Of a stretch of DNA of 64,000 bases, positions 25,110 to 38,290 are shown piece by piece. Within the stretch, counting starts at the first letter, position 1, and every line of letters starts with the position of its first letter. The position numbers and the translations under genes are program-made. The DNA lies in the NCBI GenBank assembly GCA_964247055.1, contig OZ176058.1:3596001-3660000 (forward strand), read 5' to 3'. Origin of the DNA: Paragordius varius (taxonomy: Eukaryota; Animalia; Nematomorpha). Below the pieces are notes generated by a model. It was not told the origin of the DNA. It searched no databases and saw nothing but the letters and a program-made list of their open reading frames with translations.

Positions 25110-28100
25110 AAAAATAAGATACAGGAATGAAATTTATTGGCGGAGCAACGGTCAACATTTATTGGAAAAATTGGAATGATTGGAAAGAAGAGTCAAACTC
25201 AATACCAAAGTGTCAGATTCAACAATTTAAAAAAGGCGACTGGGTAAACCTTGACCAAAGTTTTAATTGCACCTCATCAGGAAACAAAACTGTTGATAAA
25301 CTAACATATGAATATAATAAACAAATGCACTTTCGAATTCATTTTATGGAAAAGAACAAATCTTTGGTTATAGATACCACAGGTTAGAAATTCCTTTAGA
25401 GTAGAATTAGTATACGTTTCTAATAATTAATTATTACCAGAGTGCATATTCAGCAAAGATGATCATTTATGACTTATAGTTATTTTTTAACTCTTTACAA
25501 TTATTAGCCAATATAAATTCTCTGCGCTGTACGTGTTATCTAGAAATATTTAATTATACTTACTCACACTGTAAAATTAGTATATGGAATCTAAAAACGG
25601 TTATGTTTTTAATATAACTTATCACACATTTTAACTTTAAAGTAATTAATCATACGTAAATATACAGTATATATAAGGTGACCAGACGTCCCGCTTTAAA
25701 AATCGCTCATTTTGTAAGATGACCGCCATATCTATTTTTTATGTTTCTGTGTTTCCATATGCTTTGTAATATCATGCTTGCCGCCATGTGCTAGGGTAAA
25801 TTATCCCTCGCATATAAGACATTTAACAGATGATTCATTTTTCGTTTTTTTTGATAAAAGGAAAATCTTTCATTAATTCGTCGTTGAATTTACAACCTCT
25901 TTTTGTGCTCATATTTATAAACTACTATTAATTAGTATAATAAATATTATATTACCTTAATTTTCTGGAATAAACGTGTAAGGTACCGATTTGTAGTATC
26001 AATTTGTCTTTAAAGCTACCGATTTGTGGTATTAATTTGGCTTTTTGATATGTTAGCAAGTAATAAAACTAAAATATTAGCATAAATATTATATTACCTT
26101 AATTTTCTGAAATAAACGTGTAAACTACCGATTTGTGGTATTAATTTGTCCTTTAATCTAAAGATTTGTGGTATTAACTTGGCCTTTTGATAATGATGAC
26201 AGTCGTAGTAGGAAGCAAAGTGTATAATCATATGAATTTGAAAAAAATAAATATTTAATGATAAAAAATTTAAGCGGATAAAAAAAATTTATTTGTATTA
26301 AAAAAAATTTTTTTTATATAATCGTGAAAAAGCGGGACATTTTAAAAACGTAGCGGGACGCGGGACAAAGTGTGAAAAAGCGGGACGTCTGGTCACCTTA
26401 TGTATGGAACATAATTTGTTTAAAAATGATTATTTTAACCATTTCTATCCTACGTATTTTTTTCTGTTGTCCATAATATAAGTTTTCATTCAATATATTT
26501 ATTTAATAATGAGACTTCATAAAAAAGTGTCATTGTGCACCGTCTTGTTTTACAAATAATCGTTTCTGTTTGTATAAAACATTTTTATATTCTGGCTATT
26601 CATTGAGCCTTGTTTTTCTGGATGCTTTATTATATTGCGATTAGGTAATGATATAAAATTATTTTCTAACCTTTTTTGACTTGGATTTTGACCTTTGTCC
26701 TGTGATAAAAAATGATTCTAGGAGATCATATTTTTATAAATATTTCAATGGCTGGCAAAAGAGCTAACCAACATTTCTACAATATCCAAGCATTAACATC
26801 TATATTTTCCACATCCAGTGGTAATAAATCAGTAGCTGTTTGAATAGCGTTGTGTATCTGCTAATGTTTTGATTAAGATTATTCGCTAAATTGTTAAAAA
26901 TATTTTTGTACCGCTTCTTGCATCACCCAGCGCACTTTGTGATGATTTCGTCTTTATTATTTTTTTCCAGAATATTACAATCACTTTACCCTTTGTTCGT
27001 GCACATGTAAATTTATTTAATAAGGTACAAACAACCTGTAAGGTACAAATTTTTTTATATTTATAATGTATGTGTGGTAAAAATAAATAAATATTACAAT
27101 AAAAATGACCCCCCCCTCTCAGATTTGTCCCGCTTTTTCCTTCAAAAAATCTGGTCACCTTAAGTATACAGTGAAATCATACGGCAACATAAAATTATAA
27201 AAAATCATACTTTTTTGCAAGCCTTTAGTTTTCTTATAAATATTTATTTACTATTAAATATATAATTGCTTCAGCTATTTATCTTTTTTTCATACTTAGC
27301 CAATTTATACAATGATAAATAGAAAAACAAGATTTAAAAAGTAGGATTGTCTTTTAGAAATAAATATTTGTTTTTATATTTTTACGTTTTGTCCGTATAA
27401 TTTCAATCATAACTGTAATTTATAAGAATTATTATAATACATGGATTGCTCTAGTGTTTAACTACAATAAATTTTTATAACCAACTGTTATGTAGTATCT
27501 AGTAATTTTAATGTAATTTTAACATATCAATATTTGCATAGGAAATTTAGAGTTGAAATCATGAAAAGAATTATTTACACTTTAATTGTATTATTTGCCA
27601 ATAATTATCTTGTTGACTAAATAAAGCTGATCCAGTCAGACCTGTTAATATTTATTTGAGCTTAAAATTGAATTTGTGCGGAGAAAATGTAATTATAAAG
27701 ACAAATATTTTTTTCTTAAAAAGCAACAACACACTCTTAAAACTTGTTTTTTTAATATAACCCCTCTTCTAAACTGCTCAGTATAAAATATGGATTTAAA
27801 TTGGTAACACAATCAATTAATATATTACGATATAATTAAACGCTTATGACCATTATTGCTTTTTTAGGTAGTTTTATACCCCAGAGTCATTTAAAATGGC
27901 ATTTTTTAGGCGCAAAAGCAAAAAATATTTTAACATCTAAAATTGTAAAAATATTTGTTCTTATACTTTTTTTATAGTCATGTTTTTTATCTAATTTTTT
28001 GAGTCCCTAATGCTACAGACAATATAATGTTTATTATGGTGTTTATAACTTGAAAAAATTTCAGGCTACATTTTATTAGCAAAAAATTGAATATATTTTG

Positions 28101-29552
28101 ATTTTTCATTTCAATCGTTTTTGGTAATGTCTTAATTTGCACTCTAGAACTCACAAAACTTTATAATATAAGCCTTTTAATCTAATGTGAAGAATGCTTG
28201 ATAAATATTTAACTCCTTAACTCTATACCTTATTTAGATAAGCTCTATAAAACTAAATAAACTAGGGCAATAAAGTGAACAGGTAAAGAAATATTTGTCT
28301 TTAAATTTTTACGTTTTGTCCGTATATAACAGTAAAAAGATTATTCAATCTATATATATATATATATCTTAATTATGGAAAGGAATTAGCGCCTACAAAA
28401 ATAGACAGAAACAATTAATAGTGTATTGGGATATCCCAAATTCGGACGATTTTGATTTCTTATTAACTGACGCATGCGGTTCAAATCACGAATTAAAAGA
28501 TTATGAAAGTAGAAGTTGGGGACGCAAAATATTTGATTGGTTTAATTGTTCAAAAAGACAATTAACACTTAAAACTGCCGAGGGAAATGATGATCAATAT
28601 ACATTTGAATATACTGGTATACGTTAAATCTTTCAATTTACTTTTATTTGAATTAATTTAAATTTATGAGTAAACCTTTAAGATCATCTTGCTAAAGTTA
28701 TTGGGGAATTTCATGTTACTTCCTTAAAAATTTTAATTTATAAGATATGTGCTAGAGCTATTGAATTATATATAATATATTTATGTTAAATGTAAGTATC
28801 AGGCTAAATAACTATTAATTTAACAAGTGAAACAATATTAGTATAAAGAAAGGAAATATAATAAATTATTGTTAAAAGGCTTAGTAGAATATACATATTG
28901 CTTGAACCTGTCGGTTATATGCATCGAATGTAAATTAATTATTTTTGTAATTAACACTCAATGTTGGGATAGTTTATATAACAGAAAGATTTGGTTTCAA
29001 AATATATCAAAAAACATTTTAAATATCAGGCTATATACTTTTTTAATATATTTCAAAAATATTAAAATAAATATATTATTTTAATTTATTACGGGCAAAA
29101 CTTGATATTAAATTCATTTTAAACTTAAATCGTGTTTTGGCTTCCCAATATTGGTATCTGGAGGTAGGTCATATTATTGTAAAAAATATTATACAGGAGA
29201 AATTAATTAGTATACTACAAGATTGAGCACTGGCATACAAAATTTTCCCAGTATGGCCGGACTAAAAAGTGAAAATGTCATAAGGTCTTATGTCATTTTA
29301 AATACGGGGAAACAGTAAAACACAATCATCTATTTGAAATGAACCATTTTTGTGCTATAGACGATAAAAATAACTAATACACTTTTGATATTTGCATTTC
29401 TAATTAATCAAAGTATGTTGAGAAATTAAATTTAATATTTTTTTTTAACAAAATATTTCTTTTGTCCAGATACAACTAGGGAAACGACCGAAATACCTCT
29501 GGAAATACCCGATCTGTCCATAGCAAACGATTTTTCCGTCAGCCAACTCTAA
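23944..29552 (+). CDS. Paralogous copy of the phase-1 multi-exon gene (exons 23944-24040, 25125-25382, 28383-28616, 29470-29552)
   Basis: The first three exons appear identical to copy 1; the terminal exon is diverged but in frame with the same acceptor. Confidence 0.45.
25674..27162. mobile_element. Duplicate of the three-ended Blackjack derivative
   Basis: Same structure as 8184-9672; internal TIR ends at 26400. Confidence 0.85.
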
Positions 29553-30343
29553 TAATTTTGCTATACTTTTGATAATCATAATTGCAAACATTACTTAATA
29601 TATATATACATATATATATTAAGACATTTTATCAAACGAATAATTGTTCTCTTTTTGGCTGCTCATGCTTTATTAAAATTTTTCAATATTAGCATATTTT
29701 TTGCATTTCATTTTAACATTAAATTTGTCATTTTTAGTATGTTTGAAAACATATTTTTTGCGACGATTATATATATATATATATATTTATATTAACTAAA
29801 TCATTAAACATTCTGGGTGTTTTAATTAATTTGTGAATATGATTTAATAAATTAGGATCTAAAACATATTCTCCTAAGTTAAATGAAAAACTTGAGCAGA
29901 TCTTTTACTTTTGTCATGAATTTAGTATCTAGACAACACGATTAAAAGAAACAGGTGATTGACAGTAAAATTTGAATATATACGGGCAAAACATAAAGAC
30001 AAAATCAAGAGTAGATATAGTTAGTTTACTTAGTTCTGCTGCTTTTAAATTATATAGAGGCGTTTTCCGCCAAAGAATTTCTGAAAGACTAAAACACAGA
30101 CACTTTGTTTTCAGAAAAAAACCATAATCATTCAAACGTTGATTTTTTCCACATATACTAATATTACGAGCCTATAACGGATAATAAATTTATTTATTGG
30201 ACATATCATAAATTAGGGAATTTATAATAAAATAAGCAATATCAATATCGCATCATACAGGATGACATCTCGATTGGCGAAGAGAAAAAAGTGTCCCTCT
30301 GTATATATATATATATATATATATCCATGAACCCCTTACATTA

Positions 30344-30353
30344 CTTCCCCCCT
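30344..30353 (-). promoter_or_regulatory. Polypurine tract
   Basis: AGGGGGGAAG on the minus strand, 3 nt before TGTAAGGGG. Confidence 0.7.
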
Positions 30354-30899
30354 AAGATTAGCCTATCGGGGGGTTGACGCTTACGGGTATCTTCCTTCCG
30401 GGTTTGGGTTTTCTGCTACAACACTCTAATTAAGGGTATTTTCATGCGGTGATAGGTGAGATTGCGTTGTGGTTTCCGAGGGTTCTGGGTTGAAGATGGT
30501 CTCCACGGTAGCTGGGGTTTGAGACCGCGGTAACGGCTGGCTGTCAAGAATAGAGGGGGGTGTTGTATCAGTGTCTCTATCAAAATTTTCTAAACGTTTG
30601 CGCAGCTGATCCGCGTGTTTTCGACTAGTTCCCTCCTCGTCTTTCTTGGACTTCATAAGATAGGGACTCCCTTCTTTTTATGATATATCCCTGCCTCCAC
30701 CCCCTATTCAACTCATTCTTTATATAGATTGGTTGATTTGGCTGGAATTCGCGGCGTGGTTCTGCCGTATGCTCTATAAATTCGGATGGGGTTGACTTTA
30801 CCCACGAGATAGGGTTGTGTATTTGTCGGTTTAGAAACAAAGCGGTGGGGGTTTCTTTTATCGACGCGTGGAAGCTTGTTCTGTAGGAATAAACCGTTC

Positions 30900-33347
30900 A
30901 TGATAGGCATGCATTGATTCGCCTTTAGTGGAGTAATATTTGGTTTTCAAGGTTTTTATCACTCTTTCTACCAACCCGTTGGTCTTTGGGTGATAGGGTG
31001 TGCGAATGTGTTTAATATTGAAATTTTGTAATACCAATTCGAATTCTTTTGATGCGAAGTATCTGGCATTGTCAGTTACGATTTGTCAAGGAAATCCAAA
31101 TCGGGCAATATTCTTTTCTAAGCAATTTAGAATGGACTGAGTCGAAATCACTTTAAGCATATCCACCTCCACCCAGCGAGTAGCGCTGTCGATAGTTACC
31201 AACCAGTAATAACCGTCGACTGGGCCAGCGATATCTATATGTAGCCGTTCCCATGTCAGCGTATTAAAATTCATTTATAGGGTGGGTTTTCGGGAGCATT
31301 GGGTCGGTTGACATGACATGCGCAATTTTCTACCCAACGAGCGAGATCGTTCTCTATGTCGGACCAAAATACCGAACTGCGGGCCTGTGATTTCATGGTA
31401 TTTAACCCATTGTGTCTGGCGTGTAAAAGCTTTAAATAGTTTTTTGCATTGCGCTTGGAATTACTAAACGAGTATTCAGGTAAAGAAGCTTGTAATAGTT
31501 TTGTAGCTTGTTTTTATATACGCTGAAGGATTTGAGATCCTCATCCTCCCAATTGTCTGTCATTAAAGACGTTTTAACTTTATTGAGGACAATATCATTC
31601 ATAATTGCTTCAACAGTTTTCTTGTTGAGATCGAAAGATTTTAACGATAGAAAACGAATCTGTTAGGTGGCCGCATCATCCTCCTCGTCATACCCGCTGT
31701 TAGCTACTGGCAGTCTGGATAGGGAGTCCGCCAAATTTTCTTGACCTTTCTTGTAGTATATATCATAGTCATATTCCATGGACTTATATATCCACCTAAG
31801 TAATTTCGAATTACTAATGCTAATATCTCTTCGCCTCCCAAACACACCCACTAAGGGTTTGTGATCAGTATAAACCTCGAATTCCGTATATAAAGTACTT
31901 AAATTTTTCTAAAGTGAAAATTACCGCCTTGGCTTCTCTTTCGATGGTAGAATATCCTTTTTCCGCTAACGAACATGTCCGCGATGCGTAGAAGATAGGG
32001 CCTTTTCCTTGCGAATTTTTATGAAATAAAATTGCCCAAACCCCTTAATTGACGCATCTGTTTCCATACACAGGGGGTACCGTTTATTAAAAGCCATTAG
32101 TACCTGGGATTTGATTAATAATTTTTTTGCCATAGAAAATTCATTTTCCTCTGCCTGTGTCCACTTCCATTGTGAATTCTTTCCGGATAACTTGTGTTAT
32201 TTAGTTAGAGTGGGATGTAAATTTGGTATAAACCGTTCATGAAAATTAATCAATCCTAAAAAAGATCGCAATTCGGTTTTATTTGATGGAGATGGGCATT
32301 TTTAAATGGCCTCTAATTTTTCATCGGTAGGTTGAATCCCTTTCCTTGAGATTACATAACCCATGTATTTTACCTCGGGAATCGCTTGTAGTTTATCGTA
32401 ATCGCATTCCGGCCTCTTGTAACCTGCTTAAAACAACCCTTAGTCTTTCATCAAGTTCCGCGCAAGTGGCACCTGAAACTAAGACATCGTCTAGATATAT
32501 GTACCCGGTACATCTCCCAAGAGTTTGTCCATGCATCTTTGAAAAATCATTGGAGCGGAAGTTAACCCGAAAGGAAGCCGTTGGTACGTAAAGAAGCCCT
32601 TGTGGGTGGTAATCGTAAGAAGTGACTGAGACGATTTGTCAATGGGGAACTGTAAGTAGGCGTCTTTTAAGTCTAATGTTGAAAATAGTACCCCATTTGA
32701 CACCTCGGCGGCTAACTCATCAAATGTGGGTATCAGGTGCGAATCCGGTGCTTGATAGCGATTGATAATTACTCGAAAATCGGCGCATAATCTAACTTCG
32801 CCGTTTACTTTAAGTATGTTTACAGTGGGGGAAGCCCATGTAAAATGATTTTGCGTGGGATCTATGGGACGGAGTATTTTTAGTCCAACCAGTCGGTCGA
32901 TTTCTTTTTCGACCAACGGTTGTATGGCTAATGGGACTCGTCGACATGGGAAAATTCGGGGTCTAGCCTCTGGGTCAATGAATAATTTAATGGGTGAACC
33001 CTTGAATGTGCCCAATTCGTCCGAAAATAGTTAATCAAAACATTCAAAAATCCATTTATATTCATAGTATTATATATTCGTGAAAATACGTTCTTCGGCA
33101 AATCCAACTTGAAAGCCTTCATCCAATTAGTTATGAAGATGGGTGGGGAATTACCTTTAGCGACGACACATGATAAGACCTGGCTATTCCCTTCGATATC
33201 CACGGCTAACATGGCCTCGCCTAGTACGTGCACGGGATGATGGTTGTAGGTTTGGAAGCTGGCAGAGGGAGCCAACCGAGGTTTACCCCACGCCTCCCAT
33301 TCTCTCCTCCCGATAATAGATACTTCAGCTCCCGTATCGAATATCAT
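30900..33347 (-). pseudogene. pol: Gypsy pol: protease, RT, RNase H, integrase
   Basis: FDTGA (~33330-33344), WASPTVNILKVNGEVRLCADF, LPFG, YLDD (32486-32497, after a frameshift), ETDAS and YSTIEREAKA, then HHCC and integrase HIDIAGP / VTDNA / NGLVER. Several stops and frameshifts. Confidence 0.93.
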
Positions 33348-33408
33348 CTCACAGGATAATTATTAATTATTACTCTTATCCGGGGGGTTCCGCTGGCCAC
33401 GGTGCAAA

Positions 33409-34136
33409 TTATTGGGCGACTGCTGGCACTGGCCCTACAAACATTGCCGAAGTGATTATATCTTTGGCATTTGAAACACCACAATTCGCACACGCCTTGT
33501 TCGTGATTTTGTTGATCATAATCTCCTTATTCATATGGGAATCAATATTATCATTCTCACTATTATTCTGATGTTTTATTTTTAAGCATTTTCTCTCCTC
33601 CAATTCGTACGAATAAGTAATGTCAACTATCATCTGGAGGGTTACTGGCATGCCATCCTTCTTTCCAGTGGAATATCTGGTTTGAATTTCCCTTTCGACT
33701 TTTGGGTTTGCCAATCCAACCAAGAATGCGTCCCGTAGTTTTGTTTGGACATCGCCTTCCAACTGACACGTTTCACAAGTAGATTTTAGACGTTTAGGAA
33801 GTCAATCGTAGCTTCACCTGGATCTCTACTCATTCGATTAAACTTTACACGGTTCAACCATAAGCTATTAAACGGAGAGTATATCTGCATTGCCGAATTC
33901 GATATTTCCTCCCAATCCATATCGTCAATCAGTTTGGGATACGCTAGTGTTTCTATCTTCCCTATAATGTTAATGCCATCAAAGGCTGGAAACACACTTT
34001 TGACATTCACATCAGAACATTCTATGTTCCTGGTGCTTAGCACCCGACGGATATGACGGATATATTGAGTAAAATTCATCGATTCATTGAAGGGTTCCAA
34101 AATTAATTTATAAATATCTAATATGTTATTGGTCAT
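33409..34136 (-). pseudogene. gag: Gypsy gag
   Basis: ATG overlapping the PBS end; LRDAFLVGL and a degenerate CANCG knuckle; broken by a stop or frameshift near 33780. Confidence 0.75.
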
Positions 34137-34146
34137 CACGGCACCA
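34136..34146 (-). promoter_or_regulatory. Primer-binding site complementary to the tRNA-His 3' end
   Basis: TGGTGCCGTGA (11 nt) matches the reverse complement of the conserved eukaryotic tRNA-His 3' end (UCACGGCACCA). Confidence 0.75.
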
Positions 34147-36886
34147 AATACCTTATAGAGTTCAAGTGATTTATCTGAGTATATAATTCACATCATTTCT
34201 ATTTTCTTTTCCCAAAAAGATGAGTTGTATTTGAATAGATTAAATTTTCAATTTATACGTTTTATCCGTATAATTTCAATTTATTTTAAAATCAGTTAAT
34301 ACCGATAATTTTCTGGTAATTTTTAAATTCAAAGATTTCCATAATAAATTTTTTATATTATTAAAAAAATTATACATTTTGACTTTTGTATCAGAGAAAT
34401 TAATAAAATTAATGCAAAACATGGATGGTTCCAAAAAAGATGAAGTCTTTTTACAATTTTACATCTTTTTAAAAAAATTACTCATGCGCGTAAAGGGCTC
34501 TGAAATAGTATTATTTTTAATTTGGCACAAGGATGAAAATATTTTTTTAGATATTTAAATTTTATATGGCCGTGGTGCATAAAATTACACCCCAAAAGAT
34601 CAGAAAGTGTTAAGAGAGTGAAATCGTTTAAATAAACCCAATTTATCACATTAATTTAAACTGAATGAGAAATTGGATAAAAAGCATAAAAATAAATATT
34701 ATTTAAAAAAGCCCATACTTTCAAAACTTAATATTTTAACAAAAAATGGTGAATAAAAATTTAAATGTTATTACCTTTTTAGGTTTTGCCTGTATAATTT
34801 CAGTTTTGTAAATTGAAAATTATATTTCATGTGGGAAAAATAAAAGTTTTTATAAAGGAATTGGGAAAAAATATACTTAAATTTTTAAGTTTTATCTTAT
34901 TTTAAATATACCTACTTAATACACGATGACCCCTTTTATCGCAATTAACTATAGTAAAATAAAAATTATATGGACAAAACACCAAAACTAAAAGACAAAC
35001 ATTGTTTTAAAATTTAATAATGCATAGGAATTATTTTAAAATTTTTAATGATATACAATGCTGTATACTTTTATTTAGTAATAAGATTTAAAAATTTGTT
35101 CAAGTTGTAAAAAATATTTGTTGAAAAATGGAGAAAAACAAGAGCTCTATGAGATTAAAGAATACTATAATTATTTATAAAATTTAACACTTGGATACAA
35201 CACATTTCAATTCTTCAATTCAAATTAGGGTTGTTAGATACCCCACGCCTGTTAAATATTCAATACTTCAAAAAATGTGGAATGAATTGAAACCATGGCA
35301 AATGTTTGCATTTATCATTAATAAAATGAAATATAAAAAAAGTATTCAGAATACCTGATATTATTCATTTCAAACAAAATCCAAAGTATAAATTTGGTTA
35401 TAAATGATATAAATACATTAGCTAAATTTATGAATAATACATAATAAAGCACTTCTTTGACTATAAAAATTAAATAAACACGATATAATGTAAAAAAATG
35501 TGTAAAATAAAAATCGCTAGTTTGATATGGAATTTATTTTTCAAAACTAAATTCTATTTAGGAATTTCGACCTATTTATATAATTTTTATTAGGATAGAA
35601 GCATAAATTTAAATTGAGACCCGTTTTTTCAGTGGTTTGTAAAAATATCAACTTTAGTAAATTTTGGAGTATTTAGACCCTTATTTGAATCCGAGTGTTA
35701 ATAATGCTAGGCTGGAAACTGCAAATAAATTTGAACATTATTTCTTAGGGGAAATTAAAAAAGATTTGGTTTTTCTTTCATCATACAATCGTTTGAGGTT
35801 GATTGTTCCTAGTGTAAAATACTTTTGTTTCTTTTTTCAAAATAAAATTTTTATTGTGAAAAAAAATATTTAAGTTGTGGGAAGTTGTCAAACTCACAAA
35901 ATGGTTTATTGAATTTCATAAAATTGAACATTATTCAATGGTATTTTAAAACTTTTAGTCGTATAAAACGCATTCAGTTCAATTATGTAATTTTATCAAT
36001 TTCGATATAAATCAACAATATTTATTCCACCTATGTTTTCCATTATATATATATATATATATATATAGATTCTATAAATAGATTTCCATATATTTCGATC
36101 GTTATATTTTTGTTTGAGGTTACCTTTTATTGTGATGTATATTTGGATATATTTTTCTAAAAAATGATTTATATATTTTTTATACCATTTACAGTTCAAA
36201 CCATTGAACAATTCTATATAAACCTTGATCTATTCAAATTCACACTTGAACAATATAAATTCACCCTTAAATAAATTATGTAACTTTTAATATTTTTTAA
36301 AAAAAAATTGTTTAAAATTAATATAATGTCGAAACAATAATTAAATATTTCGAAATATTTATATGAATGATGAGTTATATAAGGGCAACACATATTTTAT
36401 TAGGGTATATTTGAATTGTTCGAGGGTGAATTAATTGTTCAAAGGTGTATCACAATTAATTTTTATGTGTTGAGATTTTGAGCATCTTTCAAAAAGATAA
36501 TATCAATAAAAATTGGGTAAAAAAATTATGATGGATTCAGATAAAAACGAATATTTTATTTTTTTACATTTCCCATCAACAATTTTTCCCATCGTTTTTC
36601 CGTAAACTAATGCTTTGCTAATTGGCCTAATAAAGTGTGAAATAAAGAACCATAAAAATGCATGTTATAACAATATTTTTAAATATAGGGCTAGTTATAA
36701 GTGTTTTTTTTATGTAAACATATTTTAACAATATAGGATTTTTGTTGCCTTTTCCCCACCGTTTAAAATTTTTTTATTAAATATAATTTTTTGTTACTCC
36801 CATGCTCTTTTTTTCCATTCTTTAACATTTTACGGCTTGAACATATCCTTATATGGAAACCATTGAGTAATCCATGTAATAAACTA

Positions 36887-37170
36887 CAGTAAAAATTTAA
36901 ATTACACTGACAAAAAAGTAAAAATATAAAGACAAATATTTTTTTCTAAAGACAACCATACTTTATAAATCTTCATTTTTTTTAATTATAACTTATTATT
37001 TAATACTAATTTTGGAATAGATATATTTTACTAACACAATCAATTTTATAATTAACAATCATAATAAAATACCTTATAAAGAAAATAAGGTTTGAAAGAG
37101 TATGGTTATCATTTGAAAAAGATATTTGTCTTTATATATTTACGTTTTGTCCGTATATTAATTTTTACTG
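36887..37170. mobile_element. TA-flanked MITE, best-preserved copy
   Basis: ta|cagtaaaaattt...aaagacaaatat ... atatttgtcttta...gtccgtatattaatttttactg|ta. Confidence 0.65.
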
Positions 37171-37739
37171 TAAAAATAATCCCATATATTTTAATTAGGT
37201 ATTATGTAGGGCTTCTCACTAAAAAAAAACCATATATAAATTTAAAACTAATTTTTAAAAAATCTATTTAACCATACGATTGGTATTTTCTGCAGAAACT
37301 CATCTTTACAAAAACTCCTGAAATACTTTAATGATTGCTTCAAACTAGGGTTCCAGGCACAACGGTTTCACATTCTGCATTTCTTAAAAATCTAGCGGTC
37401 CGAATAAAAAATATAATCACATGGACATTAATAAATATTTTATTTAAAAAAATAAAACTAATATGCATATTTCACCCATGTTATTTGCCAACAACTTTTA
37501 ACTTAACTTTCGTGCTTTTGGGGTAATTTTTACCCCAGGTCCATTTAAAATTTAAATACTAACACAAAATATTTTTGACATTGGGCCAAATTTATATATA
37601 CGCTTTTAGCCGCATGTTAAAAATATTTTTTTAACGAAATTGTAAAAAATCCTCATCTCACACTTTTACGCCGTTATTCATTTTAAAATCCCTAATGCAT
37701 GAGAATATGTTTATTATGCTAAAATATAGAGATAAGGGT

Positions 37740-38290
37740 TTGTAATTATATTTAAACCAAGACAACCTAATGCAACCGCCCCATCCCTAATTCATTGGAA
37801 TTATCCCCCCTGCTTTAATCGCAAAAAAGGTTTTAGAGATGGCTCCTTTGAGTATCTAGTCCGTGTATATCATTAAATAATGACAGAGCTCTTGCCTTTT
37901 TCCACAAAAGATTCTTTGGATAGCCACCCCCTTTCCTCCAATCTTTAAGATGAAGGGAGAATTCAGGTTAATAATCACCAAACAAAATACTAGCATTGTT
38001 TTCCGATTGCTTCAAAAATTACCCAAGAAAATAGTAAACAAGTCAGAAAATGCATTATCCAGCACAGAGAGAACATTTAATAGCTTTTTGTAATAGTATA
38101 TGATATATAAGAATTGACCCTTTTTCCCCTTTGACTTATGAATTTTGAACCCAAACTATAATAAGAAATATAATGCTTATTATATAATACCTTTTTCAAA
38201 ATGGTAAATAACAACACAACTAGCTTCGACTCCGCAAATGAAGAATAGTTATCAAATATACATGAATTAAGAAATAAAAAATAATCTGTT
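37740..38290 (-). pseudogene. Possible decayed MFS transporter C-terminal half
   Basis: Minus-strand fragments VIINLNSPFILKIGGKGVAI and FFAIKAGGI; paralog of 59780-60370. Identification is from motif resemblance only. Confidence 0.3.

Larger units (their letters stand above)
17507..28682. repeat. Near-identical segmental duplication, copy 2
   Basis: Same content as 1-11192, with shorter (TA)n runs (-6 and -10 bp). Confidence 0.97.
29856..34165 (-). mobile_element. Ty3/Gypsy (Mag-like) retrotransposon insertion, near-complete gag-pol but pseudogenised, 5' LTR missing
   Basis: Absent from the paralogous site 12351-12360. Minus-strand order gag, PR, RT, RH, IN; PBS 34136-34146; PPT 30344-30353; LTR-like start TGTAA at 30340. 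The LTR's far end is not defined. Confidence 0.92.

Noticed and set aside
34400-36100. Minus-strand protein-like words (TSSFLEPSMFCINF, TGVGYLTT, MENIGGINIVDLY)
   Set aside because: Frames are not consistently preserved between paralogs and no family could be recognised.
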